NCBI GenBank assembly: GCA_963843575.1
Contig: CAWJKZ010000010.1
Coordinates: 64,001 to 128,000, forward strand
Origin: an uncultured Acidobacteriota bacterium
GTDB lineage: Bacteria; Acidobacteriota; UBA6911
Direction of reading: 5' to 3'
Length of the DNA stretch: 64,000 nucleotides
In this document: positions 1 through 9,679 of the stretch, one piece after another
How positions within the stretch are numbered: the stretch's first letter is position 1
Layout: each line of letters starts with the position of its first letter
The notes under the pieces: model-generated
The model's database searches: none
Told to the model about the DNA's origin: nothing
The model's input: only the letters and a program-made list of their open reading frames with translations
Position numbers and translations under genes: made by a program

Positions 1-725
1 CTGGCACAGGCAGGTCAACACCGTGGAAGGAGCCGGGCCGGCGCTCAAGGCGGGGCTCGCCGGGATTTCCTTCTCGGCGACCCTGGCGCTGATCACCGCC
101 GCACGCCCCGAGATCCGGGACACCGTCTCCTTCGTATTCGGCATCGGCGCCTACGACGACCCGTTGCGCTGCAGTTCCACGTGGTTCGAGGCCGGACGGG
201 AATCGCCGCAGTACTACCCGACGCGCTTTTACGCCAAGTGGGTCGTGATGCTCGCCGCGCTCGACATGATCCGAGACGATGGGGAGCGGCGTTTCCTCGA
301 CTCGGTGCTCCGGGCGCTATTGCTCCAGAAAGCCATCCCGCCAGAACCCGCGGGACTGTCGGCGGAAGGTGCGCGCTGGTATCGGCTGGCCGTGATGCAC
401 GCGGGGGAAGCGGATCCCGAACTGGCGCACCGGATCGAGGAGCACGTGGCAACCCGGTTGTACGCCCCGATCACGCCGGACCGGGCGGCGCGGGAGTTGC
501 GCTGCCCCGTGTTCCTCGTGCACGGTGCGCATGACGACCTCATTCCGCCCTCCGAGAGCCTGCGGCTGCGCGACCGTCTCTTCGGGATTCAATCGTCCAT
601 CCTGATCAGTCCGTTTCTGACCCACACGCATCCTTTCGCCACGCCCATGGGGTGGAGGGAGAAGGCTTCCGCCGCGCTCGACGCATTCCTGTTTTTCCGC
701 GACTTTCGTCCGGACGGTCGGGTGA
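1..725 (+). CDS. alpha/beta-hydrolase fold protein, 5' partial; probable 1-nt insertion near 704-706 fuses it to coaX in the ORF track
   Basis: GISFSA nucleophile-elbow-like motif, PVFLVHGAHDDLIP and a C-terminal His (FLTH). Removing one T from gactttcgtc gives DFVRTVG followed by TGA at 723-725. Confidence 0.6.
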
Positions 726-751
726 GGACGGCACAATTGCCGGGGGATCCT

Positions 752-1541
752 ATGCTGCTGGCCATAGATATCGGCAACACCAACATAACACTGGGACTGT
801 ACGTCGGGGAGAAGCTCGGGCCCTGCTGGCGGCTCGCCACGGACCACGAACGCATGCCGGACGAGTACGGCATCCTGCTGATCAACCTCTTTAGCCACGT
901 GCGGGCCCGCGTCGAAGACATCACAGGCGTGGCCATCGCCTCCGTGGTCCCGCCCCTGACCGGCAAGTTTGATCACCTTTGCCGCAGCTATCTCGGCCGG
1001 GAACCGCTCGTCGTGGACTCCGACACCCGCACCGGCGTTCGGCTCCGCTACGAGGATCCCGAAGCAGGTCGGAGCGGACCGGGTCGTCGACGCTGTCGCG
1101 GCGCATCAGCTCTACGGCGGTCCGGCGTGTGTCGTGGACTTCGGGACGGCAACGACATTCGACGCGATCTCCGGCGAGGGCGATTATCTTGGCGGCGCGA
1201 TCGCGCCGGGCATCGGGATTGCCGCCGACGCCCTGTTTCACCGCACCGCCAAGCTGCCCCGGGTCGAACTCCAGCGTCCGCCTGTCGCCATAGGGAGAAA
1301 CACGGTCCACTCGCTCCAGTCGGGGTTGTTGTTCGGGTACGTCGGACTCGTGGAGGGGATGGTCGCCCGCTTTCGCACCGAGCTCGGGCCGGCGACCAAG
1401 GTGATCGCGACCGGTGGCCTCGCGGAACTCCTGGCGGCGCAGACCACCTGCATAGACGTCCTCGCGCCCTGGCTGACGCTCGACGGCCTCAAGATCATCT
1501 ACGACATGAACTGCGGGGCCCAGGCGGAGCAGGGAACGTAG
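752..1541 (+). CDS. coaX: type III pantothenate kinase, frameshifted near 1058
   Basis: [11 protein letters not shown] starts at ATG 752 after a GGGGGA RBS. After YEDP the protein continues in the 969..1541 frame with [23 protein letters not shown] and VIATGG. Confidence 0.93.
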
Positions 1542-1547
1542 CCCGGG

Positions 1548-1862
1548 TCACTCCGATCCGGAGAGGCGCACCACCTTCCCGGCGAACTCGACGGCGCGCA
1601 TCCAGGCCTTCCTTGTCTCCCCGGTCTCCGGGTCCTTGTACCAGGACCTCCGGCCACTGCCTCTTGAAATTGATGTCCCACTGAACGATCTCTCCCGCAC
1701 GATAGTTCTTCAGCGCGGGCATGCACTCGATCGGGTGATGCCGCTGTACCGGGTCTTCGCTGCGCAGGATCATCAGGTGCGCATCCGCCACCCGCACCCG
1801 ACATTCGGGGTCGGCATAGAAAGGAGGCCGGCGTGAAGGATGAGGTATGGGCGCGCGGGCAT
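1548..1862 (-). CDS. small hypothetical protein (about 105 aa) reconstructed across two frameshifts
   Basis: Joining frames near 1822 and 1650 gives MPARPYLILHAGLPFYADPECRVRVADAHLMILRSEDP...EIVQWDINFKRQWPESWYKDPETGETRKAWMRAVEFAGKVVRLSGSE*. Confidence 0.55.
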
Positions 1863-1955
1863 CACCGGCGTGGTTTCGGGATTCGGGTCGAAACTCTCCT
1901 GGGGCCGCCGTCGTCGAAGCAGTGCGGACAACAAAGACATCTCCTCTCCCACTCT

Positions 1956-1977
1956 GAGTGCGTCGCCTCGGCGCCGC
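1956..1977 (+). repeat. REP-like palindrome, degenerate copy
   Basis: GAGTGCGTCGCCTCGGCGCCGC is the reverse complement of the GCGGCGCCGAGGCGCCGCACTC unit with 1 mismatch. Confidence 0.65.
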
Positions 1978-2179
1978 CCCGAAATCGCGACATTGGGCGC
2001 CTCGCCTGGTTGCGTCGCCCGGCCGCACCGGTCCCCACGACGACGCCGGAGGATGATTCTAGTGACAGCGCAAAAACCTTGTCAACCCCACGCCGGGCCA
2101 AAAATCCTGTGTAGTGCTGCGACAATTTATCCGATAAGTGAAACAAGCGGGCTCCCCGGACAGCCAAGGAGATGACAAT

Positions 2180-2898
2180 TTGGGCGTCGTAATTTGTCCG
2201 AAGTGTGGGCGGGTGCAGGATACCGGACCGGAGTGCAGGTGGTGCGGGCTTGTCTTCGAACGCTACCATCCGCCGCGCCAGCGTCCCCGACCGCAGAAGC
2301 TTCCCGTCCGCCCTGCTGCACCGCACCTACCGCGCGTCGTGCTGGGCATCTCTGGGTCTGGGTGTACTGGCCATGCTGCTGGTTCTGCACCAGTCGCCTG
2401 CCCCACAGGTGGACAGCACCCCGGAGGCGGGCAGCCGCGCCCTGGCCAAGATCGCCCAGTTTCGCAGCGCGTCCGGCGGCCAAATCCGCACGCTGCGAAT
2501 GAACGAGGCCGAACTAAACAGTTGGATCATTGCCAACCTGGCCCTGGAGTCCGAGACTCCGGGCCGCGAGAACGCGAGCAGGATCCCGGACCGGCCGTCG
2601 AACTTCGGGACTTCGCGTGCAACCTGCTGGAGGATCGGCTGCGCGCCTACGTCGGGTTCGATTTCCACGGGAAAGAGCTCTCGCTCGAGTTGGAAGGGGC
2701 GTGTCGAAGCACGCGACGGCTACCTGCGCCTTCAGCCGAGCGCCGGCAGACTCGGAACTCTGCCGTTGCCGACCTCGGCCTGGAGAGTGCAGTGGACGCA
2801 TCTTCTGACTCCCGGAGAACCGGGAGAAGTTCCGGATTCCCGACGAGATCCGAAACATCCGCGTCGAGCGACGAGAACTGGTCATCGAGGCTCGCTGA
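2180..2898 (+). CDS. zinc-ribbon single-pass membrane protein, multiple frameshifts
   Basis: GGAG RBS then TTG. N-terminal CPKC...CRWC ribbon, hydrophobic segment [15 protein letters not shown], then a beta-rich domain split over three frames ending LVIEAR*. Confidence 0.55.
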
Positions 2899-3530
2899 AC
2901 CGACGGGTGATGGCGCATATCACGCCGACCCAGGCCAGGCCCGCAAGGTAGCCGGCCAGGACGTCGCTCGGGTAGTGCACGCCGAGGTAGATCCTCGAAT
3001 AACCTACGACCAGGACGATCAACGCACATACGCCCCAGATGAGGGTCCGGCGCAGGGGGCTCCCGCGCGGCAGGCGCCAGAATCAGCGCAAGGCTCCCGT
3101 AGAAACAGACCGAATCCAGGGCGTGGCCGCTCGGAAAACTGTAGGAGCTCGGGGCCGCTATCCCGAAAAACGGAACCGGGCGCACCCGGTGAAAGAGCGC
3201 CTTGAGGGCGAGTTGCAGGGGAAAGGAGCCTGCCATGGCCGCCGCAAACAGCAGGGCGGCATTCAACCGCCCGCGACGGACCAGGACAACGACGGCGAGG
3301 ATCGTCCCGGGAAGCCACACGGAGCTCGCACCGAGGTGAGTGGCGGCGTGCAATAACGCTGTGAGTGGCGGACAGGCGTGGCGATGCAGCCCGAACCGCA
3401 GGGCGTCGTCGAGGCCCGTCACGATCCCGAATTGCACCGACGCCGCAACCAGCGCAAAGAGCAGCAGCGTGACCGTAACCACCGCGAAGGCCGCATCTGG
3501 GCTCGCCGCACGGCGATCTGGCTCCGACAT
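2882..3530 (-). CDS. PAP2 family phosphatase, frameshifted near 3060
   Basis: KALFHRVRP and [23 protein letters not shown] follows in a shifted frame. Multiple TM segments. Confidence 0.88.
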
Positions 3531-3896
3531 TCAGGAGGGCCTCGGGTAACGGCCCAGAAACACCTGGTCGGTCTTGGCCGCCATGATGAAGTCGTTGTAA
3601 TGCAGACCCCCGATCTTGTGGGTCCACCAGCGCACCGTGGCTCGTCCCCATTCGGTCAGGATCGCCGGGTGGTGGCCTTCCTCCTCGGCCAGATCCCCAA
3701 TCTTCACCGTGAAGGCCAGCGCCTCGGCGAAATCATCGAAAATGTATTCCCGCTCCAGCTGGTCGGTACCGTCCCGGTTGATCAGCTTCCACTCCGGGAT
3801 CTGCGGCTTCAACTCGGCAACCTCAGCCTCGGTCACCCGCGGGGCGCCGATACGGCACGCGGTACACTTCTGCCCGGTCAACTCGGCCATTTCCAT
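3531..3896 (-). CDS. phhB: 4a-hydroxytetrahydrobiopterin dehydratase (pterin-4a-carbinolamine dehydratase)
   Basis: [31 protein letters not shown]. Confidence 0.93.
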   Translation of the reverse strand: MEMAELTGQKCTACRIGAPRVTEAEVAELKPQIPEWKLINRDGTDQLEREYIFDDFAEALAFTVKIGDLAEEEGHHPAILTEWGRATVRWWTHKIGGLHYNDFIMAAKTDQVFLGRYPRPS

Positions 3897-3977
3897 CCCC
3901 TCCGTTGAAAATTCTACCAGAGCCGTCCCCGCATCCCAGGGTTTGCGGCATCCGACGGTTGACGGCCTCCCGCGCGG

Positions 3978-4724
3978 TTAGAAGTAATCGCACAGCGAAA
4001 AACCCGGTGTGAGCAGCAACGCGTGGCCGGCTTCGGGATACACGTGAAGCGTCGCCCCGGGAATCCGGGCGGCCATGAACCTGCCTTCCTCGAGCGAAGG
4101 GACGATCTTGTCGCGCCCCGACGCGAAGATGTGGGTGGGGACGGAGATCTCCTGGAGCCTGTGGCGCAACTCCACGTCGCGCACCAGTTCCAGGCGGCGG
4201 AGGTAAGCAGCGGGATACACGAGCCGTATGATCTCCCGGTAGCGGCGCCGGTCTTCTGCCGGGATTCCCTCGGCCTTCAGGGTGCGGTCTGCGACAAAAT
4301 CTTTCACCTGTCGGACGGCGGGCGCGGCGAGGAGGGGAGCGAGGCGGCACGCGAGCCGAATACGGACACGGCGGCGGTAGGAGGGAAAAGTGTTCACCAG
4401 CGCGAGCCCCCGAATCCTCTCCGGACAGGCCAGGACGTAGTGAATGGCGACGGGGCCGCCGAACGACTCCCCGACGACCAGGATGGAATGAGGCTCCTCG
4501 CCGGCGGTCCCTTCTGCCAGTTCCTGGACCAGGTCCTGGAAATCGAACGCAGCCCGTCGCCGAAAGGCCCACGGGCGCACGCGGTATCGGGCCTCGAGCG
4601 CACCCGTCTGCCGGTAAAACAGCCTTCCCGTGCCGTCCAGGCCGGGAATCAGCAGCGCCAAGGGCTTCTTTGGCTCCGGTCCCCTCTCGTTCATTCCGCC
4701 GGCTTTCCTGACCGCGCCGCTCAT
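3978..4724 (-). CDS. alpha/beta hydrolase
   Basis: IPGLDGTG, GESFGG (GxSxG), D in GRDKIV, H in EAGHALL. The start may be the downstream Met (MNERGP). Confidence 0.88.
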   Translation of the reverse strand: MSGAVRKAGGMNERGPEPKKPLALLIPGLDGTGRLFYRQTGALEARYRVRPWAFRRRAAFDFQDLVQELAEGTAGEEPHSILVVGESFGGPVAIHYVLACPERIRGLALVNTFPSYRRRVRIRLACRLAPLLAAPAVRQVKDFVADRTLKAEGIPAEDRRRYREIIRLVYPAAYLRRLELVRDVELRHRLQEISVPTHIFASGRDKIVPSLEEGRFMAARIPGATLHVYPEAGHALLLTPGFSLCDYF

Positions 4725-4799
4725 GCTACCGCGGCCGTAATTTGATTATGCAAACCGCTGAGTCTTTATTAAAATCATTTTTTTCCCGGACAACACCTG

Positions 4800-5864
4800 A
4801 TGGCGAACGTCTATGCGGTGGTGATGGCAGGCGGGCGGGGCGAACGGTTTTGGCCCCTGAGCACGGAGAGCGTGCCCAAACCTTTCGTCCCGCTGCTGGG
4901 CGCAAGAACGCTCCTGCAGGAAACCGTCGCGCGGTTGACGGGCCTGATCCCGCCGGAACGGATACTTCTCTCCATCGGCGAGGCTCATCGGGAACTCGCG
5001 CGCCGGCAGCTGCCCGGGCTCCCTCCCGAGAACCTGATCGTCGAACCCGAGGGCCGGGACACGGCCGCGTGCCTGGGATATTGCGCCCTGCACCTGGAGC
5101 GGCGCGACCGTGATGCGCTCATGCTGGCCGTACCCGCCGACCACTACGTGTCGGACGCGTCCGCGTATCGGCGCACGATCGAGAAAGGGATACGCAGTCT
5201 GCCCGGTGCCGCCGCGATCGTCTTCGGTATTGTGCCGACGCGCCCCGAAACCGGTTACGGGTACGTCCGGGCGGAAAAGCCCTCCGTGCCCGCCGAAGCG
5301 TGGCCGGTGATGCGCTTTGTCGAGAAGCCCGACGCTGCCCGCGCCTTGGCCTATCTCCGGGCGGGCGATTATTTCTGGAACAGCGGTATCTTCCTGTGGA
5401 GCAACGGCACGCTCCTCGAACTCTTCAGACACCACCTGCCGGGAACCTACGAGGGTCTGCGGAAGTTGCAGCCCTACCTGGTCCGGCAGGACGCGACCCG
5501 CGAGCTGCGGGCTGCATTCTGCGCGCTGCAGAGGATATCGGTCGACTTCGGGATCCTCGAGAAAACCGCCGGGTTGCGCCTGGTCCCGGCGGAGTTCGCG
5601 TGGGACGACATCGGCAACTGGGCCGCCCTGGACAGGGCGCTCCCGCGCGACGCGGCCGGCAATGTCTCGTGTGGCGCCCACACGACACTCCAGGCGGAAC
5701 GGTGCATCGTCTATTCGGATGCCGGCACGGTCGCGGTTTTCGGGGTATCGGACCTCGTCGTCGTGCAGGCCAACGGGAAGGTTCTGGTCTGCCCGAAAGA
5801 GAGGGCCCCGGAGCTGAAGCGCCTCGTCGGGGAGCTTGGCCCGGAACAACGCGGACACCGCTGA
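4800..5864 (+). CDS. manC: mannose-1-phosphate guanylyltransferase
   Basis: [54 protein letters not shown]. Confidence 0.93.
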   Translation: MANVYAVVMAGGRGERFWPLSTESVPKPFVPLLGARTLLQETVARLTGLIPPERILLSIGEAHRELARRQLPGLPPENLIVEPEGRDTAACLGYCALHLERRDRDALMLAVPADHYVSDASAYRRTIEKGIRSLPGAAAIVFGIVPTRPETGYGYVRAEKPSVPAEAWPVMRFVEKPDAARALAYLRAGDYFWNSGIFLWSNGTLLELFRHHLPGTYEGLRKLQPYLVRQDATRELRAAFCALQRISVDFGILEKTAGLRLVPAEFAWDDIGNWAALDRALPRDAAGNVSCGAHTTLQAERCIVYSDAGTVAVFGVSDLVVVQANGKVLVCPKERAPELKRLVGELGPEQRGHR

Positions 5865-5934
5865 ACACCCTGGGAGAGGCGCGGCAGGGCCGCGGGCCGT
5901 TTCCCCGCATCATTTTTTCAGGAGACACTCGGCA

Positions 5935-7179
5935 ATGAAGGCAAAGGTGGACAAGGTGGTGCTCGCCTACAGCGGCGGGCTGGACACATCGATAATCATT
6001 CCCTGGCTGAAGGAGAACTACGGGGCTGAGGTCATCGCCTTCGCGGCCGATATCGGGCAGGGGGCGGAGCTGATGGGCCTGGAAGAGAAGGCGATACGCA
6101 CGGGGGCCTCCAAGTGCATCATCGAGGATCTGCGCGAGGAGTTTCTGCGCGAGTTCGTCTTCCCCACCCTGCGGGCCGGTGCAGTGTATGAGAGAAAGTA
6201 CCTGCTCGGCACCTCCTTCGCGCGGCCCCTGATCGCGCGCAGGCAGGTGGAAATCGCCGAACGGGAGCAGGCCGATGCCGTCGCGCACGGCTGCACGGGC
6301 AAAGGGAACGACCAGGTCCGTTTCGAACTGGCCTACAAGGCCCTTAACCCGAAGCTGCGGATCATCGCGCCATGGCGCGAGTGGGACATCAAGTCCCGCG
6401 AGGACGAGATCGACTACGCGCAGGACCGGAAAGTGCCCATCAGCGCGACTCGGGACAAGATCTACAGCGAGGACCGCAACCTCTGGCACATCAGCCACGA
6501 GGGAGGCATCCTCGAGGATCCCTGGGCGGAGCCCGAGGAGAAGATGTACAGCATCTCGACTTCGCCCGAGAAGGCGCCCGAAAGGCCGCAGTACGTAGAG
6601 ATCTCTTTCGAGCGGGGAACGCCGGTGGCCGTCGACGGCACGAGCCTCGGCCCCGTCGCCCTGCTGGAGTGCCTCAACCGCATCGGCGGCACCCACGGCA
6701 TCGGAAGGGTCGACCTGGTGGAGAACCGCCTGGTCGGCATGAAGTCGCGCGGCGTGTACGAAACGCCCGGCGGTACCCTCCTGCTGGCCGCGCACAGGGA
6801 ACTGGAGTCGCTCACGCTCGATCGCATGACGCTTCACTACAAGGACATCCTCGCGGGCAAGTACGCCGAAATCGTGTACAACGGGCAATGGTTCACGCCC
6901 CTGCGCGACGCGATGGACGCCTTCATCGACTCGACGCAGAACCGGGTCACCGGCACCGTCCGGCTGAAGCTCTACAAGGGGAACGTCATCGTGGCGGGGC
7001 GCAAGTCGCCCTTCTCGCTCTACCGCGAAGACCTGGCCACTTTCGGGGAAGACATGGTCTACGATCAGAGGGAGGCCGAAGGATTTGTCAATCTGTTCGG
7101 GCTTCCCAGCAAGGTCGAAGCTCTCTTGGACCTGTCCGGGGTGCGCAAAACCACCTACCGCATGAGGACCCGGCGCTGA
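5935..7179 (+). CDS. argG: argininosuccinate synthase
   Basis: [50 protein letters not shown] before ATG 5935. Confidence 0.98.
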   Translation: MKAKVDKVVLAYSGGLDTSIIIPWLKENYGAEVIAFAADIGQGAELMGLEEKAIRTGASKCIIEDLREEFLREFVFPTLRAGAVYERKYLLGTSFARPLIARRQVEIAEREQADAVAHGCTGKGNDQVRFELAYKALNPKLRIIAPWREWDIKSREDEIDYAQDRKVPISATRDKIYSEDRNLWHISHEGGILEDPWAEPEEKMYSISTSPEKAPERPQYVEISFERGTPVAVDGTSLGPVALLECLNRIGGTHGIGRVDLVENRLVGMKSRGVYETPGGTLLLAAHRELESLTLDRMTLHYKDILAGKYAEIVYNGQWFTPLRDAMDAFIDSTQNRVTGTVRLKLYKGNVIVAGRKSPFSLYREDLATFGEDMVYDQREAEGFVNLFGLPSKVEALLDLSGVRKTTYRMRTRR

Positions 7180-7253
7180 TAAACTTAAACGCCCGGGACA
7201 CGTCGTCGCGCTCCCTTACCCTTACCTGGGCTTTTTGAGGGGCCCGGGCGCTG

Positions 7254-7520
7254 AGAGTCTGTCACAGAATAACAGGTCCACTTTGCTGCAGGCCCTCAGG
7301 CCCGTTGACAAGGCGCGAGCGACGAGCATACGCGGGGGTGGTATGTAAGGAGCGAGCAATGCAGTCTGCGGGCCGCAGCCCCGAGGAGCGCGGCGGCGGG
7401 CGGGCATCTGCGGCGTTGCCGCTCCTCGACGATGTCCCCACATCGCCTGCGTCGCGGCGCCTTGCATCTGCCCGCCCGGCGCTCGCGCCAAAGTGGGCCT
7501 GTTATTCTGTGACAGACTCT
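7254..7520. mobile_element. MITE-like non-autonomous element with 32-bp terminal inverted repeats
   Basis: 7254-7285 AGAGTCTGTCACAGAATAACAGGTCCACTTTG versus 7489-7520 CAAAGTGGGCCTGTTATTCTGTGACAGACTCT: 31/32 complementary. No transposase ORF inside. Confidence 0.8.
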
Positions 7521-7530
7521 AAGGTGGATT

Positions 7531-7983
7531 ATGTTCAAAAAGCTTGCCCTGCCGGTCCTCGCCGTTCTGGTTTTGGCGGCCGGCGCCTACTATTTCTTCG
7601 CCCCCGCGCGTAAAACGCTGCCGCCGCCGGAGGCCGGGATACCGATCTACCCGGGGGCGCAATCCGACAGCGACTCGTTTTCGGCGCGGCTGTCGCCCAA
7701 GGACCGGGCGCGCCTGATCAAGGCCGTCATCCTGCAGACCGAGGATCCGCCCGGCAAGGTTATCGAATACTACAAGCGCAACCTGGGCGGGAAAGCCCGA
7801 ATCCTGGAGATGAAAAACCAGGGGACGCCCACCGCGATATTCCAGGTCAACGCCGAAGGCACCCAAAAAGTGGTTTCTGTCCGGCTCAACGACGACACCG
7901 GTAAGACCGAGATTTTCATCGGCTACGGAGACCCCAATAGCATCGTTTTCAAATCCAATCGCGAGACACAGCAGAAGAAATAA
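7531..7983 (+). CDS. hypothetical exported or membrane-anchored protein
   Basis: N-terminal KK plus hydrophobic helix, a IPIYPGA...VIEYYK pattern, and GC-type codon usage. Confidence 0.75.
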   Translation: MFKKLALPVLAVLVLAAGAYYFFAPARKTLPPPEAGIPIYPGAQSDSDSFSARLSPKDRARLIKAVILQTEDPPGKVIEYYKRNLGGKARILEMKNQGTPTAIFQVNAEGTQKVVSVRLNDDTGKTEIFIGYGDPNSIVFKSNRETQQKK

Positions 7984-7987
7984 GGGC

Positions 7988-9640
7988 ATGCCCCTCGTCG
8001 AGCAGATTCCTTTCCGCAAGATACCGAATCAGTCCAGGCTGTTCCTGGACTACGTCGCTTTGGCCCCTGCCGGCCTCCCCTTTTACCAACGGCCTCCGAC
8101 GATCGGCGACCTCGAGGGATCGGCCCGCGAGCTGACCCCGGCCCTGTCGTTCAGACGCGAGGAGCTCGCCTTGGTCCTGCACCGACAGAACGCGGCATTC
8201 GGCGGAGGGCCGGCCTCCGCCGCCCACATAGAAGAGCTGCGGGAACCCGATGGGGTCGCCGTGGTGACGGGCCAGCAGGTGGGTCTCTTCACCGGGCCCC
8301 TTTACACCGTCTACAAGGCGGTCACCGCGATCCGCCTCGCCGCGGAGTTGCGCGCGCGCGGAGTGCGGGCGATTCCGGTCTTTTGGATGGACAGCGAGGA
8401 CCACGACCTGGCGGAGATCATGCACGCCACGCTCCTGCCGGCCGGAGCGCAGGCACGGAGGGTCGATTTCCGCACCAAGCTCTATGCCGGTGCGCCCGAG
8501 CACCCTCAACCGGTCGGGCGCATGAAGATCCCCGCCACCATCGGCGCGGCTGTCCTGGAGTTTCTTGCAGGCCTCCCGGAGGGCCCCTACAAGCCGACCG
8601 TGGCCGAGGTCCTCGATCGCGCCTACCGACCCGGCTCCACGTTCGCCGAGGCGTTCGCGCGCGTGCTGACCTGGCTTCTCGGTGACCGCGGGCTGGTGCT
8701 GTTTGACCCGAGCGACCCCGAGGCGAAACGACTGGCGGGGAGCGTCTTCCTCACCTCGGTACGACGCGCCGACGAGGCGTACGCCAGGTTGCTGCAGCGC
8801 AATGGCGAACTCGAGCGGCAAGGCTATCATGCCCAGGTGGCGCTGCAGGATCGTTCGACCCTGCTGTTTCTGAACCACGAGGGGGAGCGGCGGGCCGTGA
8901 CACGCGACGCGGAGGGATTCGGCCTGAAAAACACCGAGGTCGTTTTCAGCCCCGACACACTTGCGCGCATGGCGGAGCGCGAACCCGAGTGCTTCAGCCC
9001 AAACGTGCTCCTCAGGCCCATTGTCCAGGACTCGCTCTTCCCCACCGCCGCCTATGTCGCAGGCCCGGCCGAGGTGGCATATTTCGCTCAGGCCCATGCC
9101 CTGTACCCTATGTTCGGCCGGCCCATGCCGGTGATATGGCCGCGGTCAAGCTTCACGCTGCTGGAACCGGAGGTTTCGTCCGCCATGGCGGCCCACCACC
9201 TCGTCGTGGAAGACTGCTTCGGCGACAGGGAGCACGTGGTCCGGAAAATGCTGACGGCCCGTGGAGACACCGATGCCTTGTCCATCCTGAACGACTTGCG
9301 CCTGACGCTGGAGCGCGAGGTCGGGCAACTGCGCCCGGCCCTCGTCGCGACGGATCCGTCGCTCGGGCCAGCACTCGATACGGCCGGCCGCAAGGTGTCG
9401 TCTCACGTCGACGCGCTGAAGGCCAGGTTCGTGCACCTGGAGGCGAAGCGCAACGGAGCGCTGGAAAGCGTGGCCGACTACCTGCTGGCTCACTGCCGCC
9501 CCCGGGGAAACCTGCAGGAGCGGGAGTTGAACGTGAACCACTTTTTTGCCCGGTTCGGTCCCGCCTTCGTCGAGGACATCGTCCGGCTCGCCGGCAATGG
9601 GAGCTTCGGGCACGGCATCGTGCGCCTGGGGCCGGAGTAG
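7988..9640 (+). CDS. bshC: bacillithiol biosynthesis cysteine-adding enzyme BshC
   Basis: VVTGQQVGLFTGPLYTVYKA, PVFWMDSEDHD, FSPNVLLRP, YVAGPAEVAYFAQ, LQER. Confidence 0.95.
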   Translation: MPLVEQIPFRKIPNQSRLFLDYVALAPAGLPFYQRPPTIGDLEGSARELTPALSFRREELALVLHRQNAAFGGGPASAAHIEELREPDGVAVVTGQQVGLFTGPLYTVYKAVTAIRLAAELRARGVRAIPVFWMDSEDHDLAEIMHATLLPAGAQARRVDFRTKLYAGAPEHPQPVGRMKIPATIGAAVLEFLAGLPEGPYKPTVAEVLDRAYRPGSTFAEAFARVLTWLLGDRGLVLFDPSDPEAKRLAGSVFLTSVRRADEAYARLLQRNGELERQGYHAQVALQDRSTLLFLNHEGERRAVTRDAEGFGLKNTEVVFSPDTLARMAEREPECFSPNVLLRPIVQDSLFPTAAYVAGPAEVAYFAQAHALYPMFGRPMPVIWPRSSFTLLEPEVSSAMAAHHLVVEDCFGDREHVVRKMLTARGDTDALSILNDLRLTLEREVGQLRPALVATDPSLGPALDTAGRKVSSHVDALKARFVHLEAKRNGALESVADYLLAHCRPRGNLQERELNVNHFFARFGPAFVEDIVRLAGNGSFGHGIVRLGPE

Positions 9641-9679
9641 CCCGCGTCCGCAAGGCCTCGCCTTGAGAGAAAGGGGAGC

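Noticed and set aside
23-1684. 553-aa hydrolase-pantothenate kinase fusion ORF
   Set aside because: Explained by two 1-nt indels; coaX has its own RBS and start, and the tail of the ORF is off-frame.
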